Assembly: GCA_000708835.1 (NCBI GenBank)
Contig: DF237366.1
Span: 1 to 64,000, forward strand
DNA length: 64,000 nucleotides
Source of the DNA: Klebsormidium nitens
Lineage: Eukaryota; Plantae; Klebsormidiophyceae
Direction of reading: 5' to 3'
Shown here piece by piece: positions 38,901 to 51,400 of this stretch. The notes below the pieces were generated by a model. That model saw only the letters and a list, made by a program, of their open reading frames with translations, had not been told where the DNA came from and did no database searches. The stretch's first letter is position 1. Each line of letters begins with the position of its first letter. The translations under genes were made by a program, and so were the position numbers.

Positions 38901-41900
38901 CGCGGAGCTGGCCATGCTGCGCCTCTTCGCCGCGCACCCCGGCAGCAAGGTGATCTACATCGCGCCGCTCAAGGCGCTGGTGCGCGAGCGCATCGACGAC
39001 TGGCGGCGCAACCTGGTCCCCGCGCTGCGCAAGAGCATGGTCGAGCTCACCGGCGACTTCACGCCCGACATGCGCGCGCTGCTGGCCGCCGACATCATCA
39101 TCTGCACGCCCGAGAAGTGGGACGGCATCAGCCGCAACTGGCAAAACCGCAGGTGGGGGACTGTTCCTGTTGAGAACGTTCCTCGGCTGCTGACTGTGCG
39201 GGATCTTGATTGACACAGCCTGAATGGAAGTTCCTAAAGCAGGGCAGTACTTCCCCAGGTTAAGCTGGTGCGAAATTCTGGATCACGGGTCTTTGGTTGG
39301 GCTGTGCAAGAGCTTGCCGACTGCCCAAAGCGAAAAGGGGTATGCTGACGCCTTCGCACGCTTCTGCAGCTACGTCCAGAAGGTGGGCCTGATCGTGATC
39401 GACGAGATCCACTTGCTGGGCGCGGACCGCGGGCCCATCCTGGAGGTGATCGTGTCGCGCATGCGGTACGTGAGCAGCCAGACGGGCGCGCCCATCCGGT
39501 TCGTGGGCCTCTCCACCGCGCTCGCCAACGCGCGCGACCTCGCGGACTGGCTCGGCATCGAGGAGCGCGGGCTGTTCAACTTCAAGCCCAGCGTGCGGCC
39601 CGTCCCGCTCGACGTTCACGTCCAGGTACGGCCACGCGCATGAGGCAACGTACACGGCCACGCCCGACGCCTGCGCGCGAGTTCACATAGTCGCCTTTTC
39701 GGGTCAGAAAGTTGCATTTATTTTGTGGCGTTTGAATTATGATATGAGTGGCTCGGCGTCTCTCCAGGAGCTGCTGTCAAAGTTTGACAGGGGACTCACT
39801 GGTCCGCGGCGGCTGCTCCTCGCAGGGGTACCCCGGCAAGTTTTATTGCCCGCGCATGATGAGCATGAACAAGCCGACGTACGCGGCCATCAACCAGTAC
39901 TCGCCCTCCAAGCCCGTGCTCGTCTTCGTCTCGTCGCGCCGCCAGACCAGGCTCACTGCGCTGGACCTTATTCAGGTGAACAACTTCGGTGCACGAATTC
40001 CCATGCAACTCAGGCGCAGGGCCCTTGCTGAACGAGAAGTAACATCCGGCAGGAGTTTCTTGTCACGTTGTGTCTTAGGTGCGCTTGCTGGTACTTGTTA
40101 CAGCGGCAGTCAGCAAAATGAGACGTGCGCAGGCCTGCTTTGAACACTAATTTTTGCAGCCGGTTTTCTTCGTTTTTGTTCTGCCAAGAAGTAACATCGC
40201 CGACATGACGTCACGACCAGTCAAGGCCGTTCAAGGAATTCAAGCAGCGGTGTGATGTCCGTGTGTGCAGTTTGCTGCTGGCGACGAGCGGCCGCGGCAG
40301 TTCGTGAACATGGCGCAGGAGGAGGTGGAGGCGGTGGTGGAGCAGGTCAAGGACGGCAGCCTGAAGCACACGCTGCAGTTCGGCATCGGGATGCACCACG
40401 CCGGCCTCAACGAGCGGGACCGAACGCTCGTCGAGGAACTGTTCGTCAACAACAAAATCCAGGTGCCCCTCACAACAACAGCTCCCGCAATTGGATCCGG
40501 GAAGCGTATCTAAGTTCTCATCTTTCTACGTCTTTGCGAAGGAGAGGTTATCCAGCATCTTGAGGTTTACGAGTTGGCAAACGCACACCAATTTACTGGA
40601 GGGGTGAAAGCAGCCGGGGTCATATTGCGCTGCGTCCTTGCGTGAGATGCGCGGCATGCCATCCGCAGATCCTGGTGTGCACGAGCACGCTGGCGTGGGG
40701 CGTCAACTTCCCGGCGCACCTGGTGGTGGTGAAGGGCACGGAGTACTACGACGGCAAGAGCAAGCGGTACGTGGACTTCCCCATCACGGACGTCCTCCAG
40801 ATGATGGGCCGCGCGGGGCGGCCGCAGTTCGACGACCACGGCGTGGCCGTCATCATGGTGCACGAGCCCAAAAAGAGCTTCATCAAAAAAGTGAGCGGCC
40901 GCGGCCGGATGTGAAGAGCACGGAATCTGTCTCTCTTTCGGGCTGGAGAAGAACCTCGGCCGTTGGTCCAGCCACTAGGTCCCTTTTGGAACCGCATCGT
41001 CTGCTTCTGCTGGTTGTTGCATCACCAGAAACCAGCTGCACCTTGAGCGCATCGTAGGGGCCGCTGTGGCGGGCTGTGCTTAGGTCAATCTGCACAATGT
41101 GCAGTTCATGTACGACCCGTTCCCGGTGGAGAGCAGCCTGCCGGACGTGCTGCCGGACCACGTGAACGCGGAGGTGGTGGCGGGCACCATCGGCAGCACG
41201 CAGGACGCCGTCGACTACCTCACCTGGACCTTCTTCTACCGCCGCCTCGTGAGCGCTCGGCCTCGCATCTGGCCATGTTCGTATAGTGCAAACATTCCAT
41301 GCTCTAAACTTTGTGCTCCTGATTCTCCTGGGGCGCGGAAATAAGTGTCCTGTTAGACCCTTCTTCCTGAGGACCTTTATCGAGATCTCTGAATCCCGCT
41401 GGTGACTTGGCGGCTGAATTTTGGAGCAGGTACCTGGACAATCAGCCGTTGATCTGACCGTTGGCACTGCGCTTGGCCAGGTGATGAACCCGAGCTACTA
41501 CGGCCTGGCCGAGACGAGCGCGGACGCCATCAACGCGTTCCTGTCGGGCCTGGTGGGCACGACGCTGGGCGTGCTGGCCGACGCGGGGTGCGTGCGGGTG
41601 GAGGCCGACGGCAGCGTGGAGCCGCTCATGGCGGGCCGCATCGCGTCCTTCTACTACCTGCACTACGCCACCATGACGCTCTTCAGCGCAGCCATCCGCG
41701 CGGACACCCTGCACCAGGTCAGCGCGGGGCGCGGCCAGCAGCCAGCGCAAGCTGTGCGCACTTCTGGCTCGCCGCTGGCTCTGCGCATGAGTATTCACGT
41801 GGACAGCCGTGCTTGGCCGCCAGATATCTGTTTTTCGTCACTTCATGTCACATTCGAGGTGGCGATCATTGTTGCATTTCTCAGCGATACCACTTCGTTG

Positions 41901-44120
41901 ACCGGCTTACGTTCTGGTGACCGGATAGAGACCGCACCGTGCGTTCCGGCCGCTGACTGTGCCTGCCGTTTTGCTGTTTGCAGGAGGTGCTGCGCATTTT
42001 GTGCGGTGCGTCCGAGTACGACGAGCTGCCGGTGCGGCACAACGAGGACAAACTGAATGCGGAGCTGGCGGGCGTGGTGCGCTGGCCCGTGGACGCGCGC
42101 GCCCTGGATGACCCGCACATCAAGGCCAACCTGCTGCTGCAGGTGACACCCGCGGGGCCTGTCGCACAGCATGACCATGCCCCTCGCTGCTGGCCCGCTG
42201 GGGATTGGAGATGCCGGGTCGGGACGGGGGGCCCTATGACCATTCGTCTGTTTTGCAATCGAGCACCGAGTCGGTCTGGCCTTTGGCGGTTTGCGAGGCT
42301 CTCTCGGTTCCTTCCTAGGTGTCCGCTCGAGTCTCATCAGTGGAGCGTCGTGCGTTGCTGCGCAGGCGCACTTTTCGCGGCTGGCGCTGCCGGTGTCGGA
42401 CTACATCACGGACACCAAGTCGGTGCTGGACCAGAGCATCCGCATCCTGCAGGCCATGGTCGACATCGCCGCGCACGGCGGCTGGCTCGCCACCACGCTC
42501 CACGTCATGCACACCCTGCAAATGGTGCTCCAGGTCAGGCGCCGCACCGCATGCAGGCCGGCGTGCTCCGGCGGGGGTAGCCGCAAAGTCCTGTCCTTCT
42601 CAGAAAACGATTCGAGGGGGAATAAGCCGGGGGCCATCGTTTAGCCTGCGCTCTTTGATGTCCAGAGTCGTAGGCTGAGCACCACGTAGTGTCCCGCTCT
42701 CCGCCAACAAGCCGTTGCCTCGTAAGGGACCAGTATTTCGCTCTTGGCCCCTTCTATCTTAAAGCGCCGCTTGAAGAGACAAAAGAAGTTACTTGTTACT
42801 TTTTGTTTCCTGACCCAGTCGCTCCCCGTTGCAGGGCGCTTGGCACGACGAGTCCGCGCTGCTTTTCCTGCCCCACGTGACTGCTGACGTCGTCCAGCTG
42901 CTGGCTGCGCGCGGCATCCGCGGCCTGCCCCAGCTCATGGCGCTCTCCGCGGACCGGATCCGCGACTGGCTGCGCGCCCTGCTCACCCCGCCCGAGATCA
43001 GCGACCTCCTGCAGGTAGGCGCCCGCAGCAGTGCCGCCGTTTGTTTGCCAGACCGGGACAAAAGTATCCCGCGTGGCTATGGCCCTGCTACACGTGACTC
43101 AGCTTTTGATGATCTGGAAGTCCCCAACCCCAAATTCAGAACATTGGACGGCGGCGCCAAGAGCACCCGTTGCTTCGTTGGTCACCCCGGCTGCTACGAC
43201 GTGTCCCTAAGAGCTCCGCTCCCGTGAGCTTTGCCTTTCGCACGCCCGCCCACCACGGCTTGCAACGCACCTGCTTGTTTCCCCACCCCCTCTCACGCCG
43301 TCCCTCGTCGCTGCGTCCTCAGGCTTTGGCGCGCCTCCCTCGGGTCAGCGTCCAGTGCGCCCTGAAGCCAGCCTCGGGCGACAGCCAGCAGGTGGAGGTG
43401 CACCTGACGCGGCGGCGGGTCGGCCCTGGGCGGCCCGGGTCGGCCAAGGGGTGCCGCGCATACGCGCCCCGCTTCCCCAAGGTCAAGGAGGAGGGCTGGT
43501 GGCTTGTGGTGGGCACACCCCACACGCACGAGCTGCACGCGCTGAAGCGGGTCACGCTCGCCGACAGGCTCACCACGCGACTCACCATCCCCCGCCTTCC
43601 CTCCGACTCACACCAGGTGCGCGAATCGAGGCTAATGCAGGGTGGCACTATCGTCGTGTCTGCTTGCGGTGCAGGCAACGGCAGGTGATAGTTTCAAATC
43701 GTGGTCCGGTTGCTGTGCTTGTCACTTCCGGCTCCTAGTCGAGACGCTTCCTAGTGATGGGCCTGGCTGCCCTGGTTCCCTGGCGGCCCTGTGACGACTT
43801 TGCCCGTGTCGAATGCGCAGGAGCTGCGGCTGCACCTGGTGTCGGACTGCTACCTGGGCCTCGACCAGGAGCACGGCCTGCACCAGCCAGCAGACGCCGC
43901 GGAAGGGCCCTCCACGTCTGCGCAAGGCGCCGCCAGGAGCCGCAACGGGCAAGTCAGTGCCACAGGGCCAGCCACAAGTACCAACGGCGATGGGGAAAGC
44001 AGAAGACATGACAGTAAGGGGTCTGCCACAGGCTGGGCGATGCCCCACGTTGATGGCCGGGGGAAGGATGAGGAGGATGACGACGCTGAGGAAACCTTCT
44101 TTGATGCTTCCGAGGACTGA
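29920..44120 (+). CDS. ASCC3: ASCC3/Slh1-type (plant DExH14) Ski2-like helicase with two helicase-Sec63 cassettes, about 29 exons
   Basis: Start exon 29920-29955 is spliced to VPRLTTMLR (30309). Cassette 1: [60 protein letters not shown]. Cassette 2: [50 protein letters not shown]. Sec63 segments and [10 protein letters not shown]. The TLNRIQS and FNPIQTQ motifs favour ASCC3 over Brr2. Confidence 0.93.
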
Positions 44121-45639
44121 GGTGGCGGGGGGACTGAAGGTGCCTGTTTTCAGTGCAGCTGACCCAAGAAAGGGTATGCTGCAACCACCATCGCAACCTA
44201 ACTCCGGTTGGAGAAGGTCAAATAACCAGTTGACGCGCCAAAGGACTCCCTCCTTCGGGAATGATCTTTCAAAAGCATCGGTCATTTAAAAAAATCCTCT
44301 GTATTTACTCTCGCCTCGAGTGATTGAGCATGAGTGAATTTCAATGAACATGAATGCACGAGATGTTCGCGTCCAGGTTCTTCTGCATTGGCCTGAGCAT
44401 GTACATTTGGGCTCCTCAAAATAGAGCCAATAGTGCGTCTGTTGCATTTTGACGCGTATGATGCAGTCTGACACACGAGACCAATGTGCATATAGGATTC
44501 TAAGCGGGTTAACATACGCCGAGGCACTTCGATCATACTTACACATGTCTAATGTCTGAACGCGGTGAAAACAAAGTATGATCTCACTTCGCTGAGCTCT
44601 TGAGTAGGTAGTTGCTTTCACTGTGTTGGTGAGCACGTCCTGGCGGCCAACACGTGGCCACCACATGCACTTGTTTTGCAATGGCAGCCGCCGGATCATG
44701 CATATGGCTGCCTATTGCGCAATTTTCTTTTATGGTCATTGAAGATTTCTTGAGCATGCCCTCAAATCTAGTATGTTGCACACTGACTTTTGGATGGTTC
44801 TAACTCCTAACTAAATGCATAGCGGCCGCTGCAAGGCCAATTTTGCGCAAAAGCTGCAGCACTTATATATTCGAGCCGCAATAATAGGATCAATGCACAT
44901 GATTGCTAGTCGGATCTGCGCTAAGGCTCCTCGTGCCAGCCGTGTGCCAGCCATTGTATATACGTCGCGATCTTTGATTACATGAAGCTCCAAAAGACGA
45001 CGGACTCAATGTTTGCCGCCAGAATGCTGGATAGGCCGCGTCTGGCAACATCAAGTCGACCGAGGGTACGTGTTCTTTTTCAAACATCGAATCAGCTAGC
45101 AACTTCAATATGCGTTTGTTTGTGGGCACGCGGGCTTGTGAAAACGTGAACATGAAGGATCGTTTGCACCAAGCTCCGAATACCAGGACTCAAGAGCCCC
45201 ACTGAGTGCCCCGTACGCGCACGTACCTGCGACATGTGCAGCGATCGGCTGCGGCAGTTGGGCAGGCCAGCACTGCAGTCACTGCGGCCGGCCTTGCGCG
45301 GCCGGCTCTCATTTTCGCCAGAACTTCTGGGCCAATCAGCGAGCTCTATTTGCCTTCTCAAGTTGGACATCTGAAACGTCGATTCCAGTCGATTGTGTTT
45401 GCTTTAGACGGTCAGGATAAGGTCTGCACGCGCGGGCCGATCACCATGCGAATTCAAATACAAATTTTGCGTTGTCGAACCGTCGAATTCCTTCTAGGCT
45501 GAATTCCATCTAAATCTGATACACGGCCTCCGACGCCGGAACTTGAGGTTGGAGTGGGTTGGACTGCTGGGATCTGCAGTCTGGACTCTGCAAGGAACTC
45601 TGCTGCAGAGTCCAGATAGTACCGGTAGCTCGGACTGCC

Positions 45640-45646
45640 TATAAAT
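45640..45646 (+). promoter_or_regulatory. Candidate TATA box of the H3 gene
   Basis: TATAAAT about 100 nt upstream of the H3 ATG, followed by a pyrimidine-rich leader. Positional inference only. Confidence 0.5.
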
Positions 45647-45695
45647 CAATCTTTCGCAGCTCATTCCAGCATCAGCTCCAAAGTTCCTCCTTTGA

Positions 45696-46759
<1,064 letters not shown>

Positions 46760-46791
46760 GCGCAAAGCACTCTCACTTGACCAACCAAACT

Positions 46792-46807
46792 GGTGTTTTC
46801 TAACACC
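46792..46807 (+). terminator. Histone mRNA 3'-end stem-loop (6-bp stem, 4-nt loop)
   Basis: CCAAACT-GGTGTT-TTCT-AACACC-ACCC, starting 33 nt after the H3 stop codon. The geometry and flanks match the replication-dependent histone stem-loop. Confidence 0.8.
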
Positions 46808-48424
46808 ACCCTTCTCTTGGAATCTTTCAACACTGTGAGTCCAAATGGGATTGCCGAAGAACAGTCTGTTACGTGTACTTGGGGGTTTTAGGTCGAGGAG
46901 GCAGTCCTTAAATCAAACTTTGGTAGGAGGCAGCTCCGCGGCTCTCATGTGCTCTTGAGTATGGAATTCTACCAGGAGGCAATGTCCTGTGGTCACCAAT
47001 GCAATGCTTTTGTGGGGCTCCTTCTGAGAAAGAAGTCTCTTTTAGCAATCTGTGTACCAAGACCAGGATATCTTTCCTCAGAGTAGGCCAGTGAACCAAA
47101 ACTGAGGACCTGCAGGTCAAGAGTTGGTGTTCTGCATCTTAATCAGCTGGTTGTACCATTTCGCTGAGCCTTTGATACTGAGCCACACAAAACAGTGTCA
47201 CCGCATGTGCAAAACACGCTTAACTCACTGCACAAACGACTTATCCCTGCAGATGAAGCTAGTGCTGTCAAACTCTTCAGTGACTTCCTTACCAGCGCCC
47301 TTAACCTACATCCGAAACTCCTCAAAATAGAACTGTAGAAACTTCCTACATGACGTCTGCCAAGTGCAAGTCCCTCTTGACATTACCTGGGACGCACCAG
47401 CAATGACATGACTTCTCAGTTCTTTAACGTTCCAGCTTTGTACGGTGCCTACAAGGTGATCTTATCTGATCTGATTATCTTACCAACTGCAGGAAAATTC
47501 TTCATACTTTCATCAATATTTGGCAAGAACTCTCCCCCCTTGTCCATGTGGCCCGGAAGGGGGGTGTCGAACTGGTAGCCTCACACTGTCACAGTCACCA
47601 CCGAACTGTGCCTGTCACCCTCCGTTTGCGCAGGAGTGCTGATTGGTCATGAAGCGAGAGACGCGTGCAAGGAGATTTTGCTGGATTGGATTCCTTAGAC
47701 CTGCATCATCCAGTCTGCAAACAGGACGACCTGATGGAAAAATGAGAGATACGCAATTCTGAGAATGGCTTAGAGCTCAGATGTTGGTGAAACGATTAAA
47801 CCAACCCCAAAGGCTATAATGGATGCAGGTATTGGGACATTGAAGGGCCAGCTGCCGAATCACTTTCATGTGTACAGAGCCTGCGCACATGTCTTTATCT
47901 GGTGCATTCTCCTCGATCCAGCGCATGGGGCGCATGAGGAATATAAACAGTGCACACTGCTAAGTATAGCGCCTGCGTAGAGCTCATAGTAGTGTATCCT
48001 GGTATAGGTATACCTAATGCGCTTTAGTCACAGCTCACACAACGTGCACCCATTGGCCAGTACGCAACGACTGTTTCCTATCACATGCCGTGCAGGCCAT
48101 GGCCCATCAGAGCATATCGCATGGCTCTGTATTCATGGGGCGGCCGAGCCTTGATGATCCATGATGTGCAGCTTGCAGTTGGCGCGTGGTCGTACTTAAA
48201 TAGTAATACCTGTATGTTGTTGTGCATCATGCTCGTGTTGAACATCATGTTCGCTTATAGCATGCCATATGGCAGCCGCCGACGTTATAAGCAATTGTGA
48301 ACACTGTGTTGATTGCATGGCCCGAGGACTACGTTCTCGAACAGGTGATAATTGGGCTTACATGATCATAACTAATGCCAACGACTCACATCATGTAAAA
48401 GGTGCAAACTCAAATACCGACCTC

Positions 48425-51400
48425 TTACAGTCCAATCACTGCATCGAGCTTTCGTTGCAGTTCAGCGATACTTTGTAGCTGAATGACTCCTTTGTCTTCA
48501 TCATCATATTCTTGCTCAATGAGTGAAGCAATCTGCCCATGTGCCTCCAAGATGTTTGATCTGCAAAGGGCGATCACGTATTTATGTCAGCTACTCATAT
48601 GATGCAGATAGGTACTCTTGAAACAAGCGGAGAAGCATCCTGCCAGACAAGCTCCAACCTCTTGCAGGGGTTTACCGATGCAGATCGTCGAACACTAGCC
48701 ACGATCGACAGCTGCCAGGTCTTGGGGACTCACTTGATGGGCTTGAAGAGGATGGCCCGCGTGCTCACGTTCTGCAGGTACACCTTCATCTTGGCCACCA
48801 CGGGAGGCAGCTCCGCCCGAATGGCCTCGTCCATCTGCAGCCATCCGCAGGGAACGAGCTCAGAAAAGCGACACGGCAGGTGGTATCAGCGCGGCAGTCC
48901 CTGTCTTATGATGTCCAGTGACCGCTTTCAAGAACGCACCCTCGGATGCGAGACAGACGCCAGCGCAGCCCCGGCCTTCCCGCCCGCTCCTCACCTTGTC
49001 CATGATCTCGTGCACCTTGGCGGCCTGCGCAAAGGCCTGCGTGCGTAGCGGCACCGGGTCTCCCCCACTGGCGCTGACGGTCTTGACGGCGGTGACCTTG
49101 GTGATGAAGGAGAGCAGCGGCTCGATCATGAGCTTGGTGACCGCCATGATGAACTGCTCGCACGTCAGCTTCAGGTCCTTCTCCAGCTCCTGCACCGCAC
49201 GCACACGCAGGGCCGTCACTCGCAGGCTCCGTCGCTTGACCACATGAAGCCAAACAACAAGAGCCAAAGACAAGGAGCTTGGCCAGTTAGAGGGCTCTGG
49301 ATCCTCAGTGAGCGTTGAAAGCTTCGCACCATGCTGTCGACATGCTGCTTGGTATACTGGTTGATCAACAAAGGGGCTCACAAAGGTCAGCAGACAGCTC
49401 ATGGAAGGTCGGAGATCACCTTTTTAGCATCAATCTGGTTCTCCACGACCCGAGGCGCCCCGCTGCTGAGCACTCGGACGAGGCCGTTGCTGCTGGAGAA
49501 CGCGAAGATGGAGGCCTGGCCCCGCAAGATGCGCCGCATGTGCTCCTGCATGCGCCGAGTAATGGCTAATGGTCCCGCACAGTAAAGAAACGAAGTATTC
49601 CCAACACACGGACTGAGCGATGCAGGCCAGATGTGACCACCTCACGACATTGGAAAGCGTTCAGACTGATGCAGGCCGAGGAGTGAACGGTGAAAGAAGA
49701 GCGAGGTCAATCCGGTGTGCCTGCGATAAAAGAGGCTGGACTTACGAGCATGTGCGAGAAATCGAGCTCCTTGTATGTGACCGCAAAGTCGATGTCGAAG
49801 GGGGCGATCTGAAAGAGGAAGCAACGACGAGATGCGTCAGCAAAAGGGCCCTTGCTCGGCCACAGGATGCTGGAACAGGCCGACAGCAGGGGCATGAAAA
49901 GCAGCAGAGAGCGCACAATGCGTTTTGCACAGCGGCAAAGGACACGTTCCAGTGGCGGGTTGCGGCGCCGGACCTGCTCGCGCAGGATGAGCAGGTGCTT
50001 GACCACGAAGAGCTGGCCGTCCAGGCTGCCCGCTTTCTTGGCGATGCTCTTGCTGGCCCGCTGGATGGACATTGAACACAGGCTGATCGCCTCCTGCAGC
50101 AGGCAAGGGGGCCAGTCAGGTGTGTAGGAGGCAGCCTGTTCGTCTCTCCTGCAGAAGGGGCAGGCGATGGGGAACGATTTGTTCACAAGAGTCCAAAATT
50201 TGGAGGCCGGCCCGGCAGCGCATGGCGGCCGTGGAGGGCGGGTCACCTGGGCGAGGCCGGTGAAGATGTTGTGGTCGACACAGCGGTACAGCTTGGAGAG
50301 GCACGACAGCGTGCGCTCCAGGGGGGGGTACCACGTCGTGTACGCGTCCTGGCCGTCCTCGCCCGCCGCGCCCTCCTCCTGGATCTGCACGCACCGTGCA
50401 CACGACGGCTCAGCTGAAAAGGGGTTATGCCGCGCCGCACCATAGGCACATCAGCACAGCGGAGCATAGCCGAGCGTTTACGGAAGCCCCAGATACAGAC
50501 CCCAAGCGATGCGAAGAGGGGAGAACATGAAGCAACAGTCGCCTTCTTACCCGGAAGGACGGAAAGAAGCCGGCGAAGCTGGCCTCCGCTCACGAAAAGC
50601 GAGAGCCGAGAAAGGAACATAAGTCGTGACAAGGGGCGGTAAACCGAATTAGGTACTACACGTGGAGCAATGCAAGACGGCAGCTAGGGCGTTAAGCCAG
50701 ACGGCGAGGTCGAAGCGAGCGCCCCTTACTTCCGATTGCGTGGAGGGCACTTTCTCGAGCTTGGCGGGATAGTCCAGGTCGTCGGGGGTCGGATTGTAGT
50801 TGGCAATCTGCAGCCCAGAAGGAGGCAATCAGCATTGAACTTGCTGCCTAAACTGCCGTTCTTGTAGCCTCGTACCGCATCAAAGAGCATGTCTACAGGC
50901 AGCGCTGGAGAATCGACCGACATGCATGTATCAGACAAGAGTAGGCAATCATCGGGGGGAAAGCTAGGGTCACGGGTTTGGGGTGTGCGCACCTCGTCGC
51001 GCATGTAGGTCTGTGCGCGGAAGGTGAGGCGCTCCTGCACGTCGGCGAGCGTGCGGTCCACGGTGGGCCGCAACCCGGCCACGGCCTCGCCCTTGCGGCC
51101 CAGCTGCTCGTCCAGCACCTCCGCCTTCAGAATGTCCACCTGCACCACCGCCACACCGCGTCAGGGCAACTGCGAGCAGCGGCAACTAGCCGAAGCAAGG
51201 GGCAGGCACAAGGAACGGATCACTTCGTAATCTGAGAAACGACTGTCGTGTGTTGGTGATTTCAAGAACCGCTTCGCCCCAGGGTCCCGAAGGTAGAAAC
51301 GTGATGTCGTCCTCGGAACCTGTGCTAGCGAGCGAGCCGCGTTTGACGATACTGCAAGACTTCTGACGTCCTCTTTGAGCGGCACACCGACCGAGAGGGA

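Noticed and set aside
44900-45640. Plant histone promoter octamer (CGCGGATC) upstream of H3
   Set aside because: Only mismatched near-copies were seen, which is not enough to call.
47252-47560. Protein-looking interrupted frame (DEASAVKLFSDFLTSALNL...) between H3 and COG3, suggesting a decayed transposon ORF
   Set aside because: Three stops in about 100 codons is no better than random, and I recognise no domain. tBLASTx against a repeat library would be needed.
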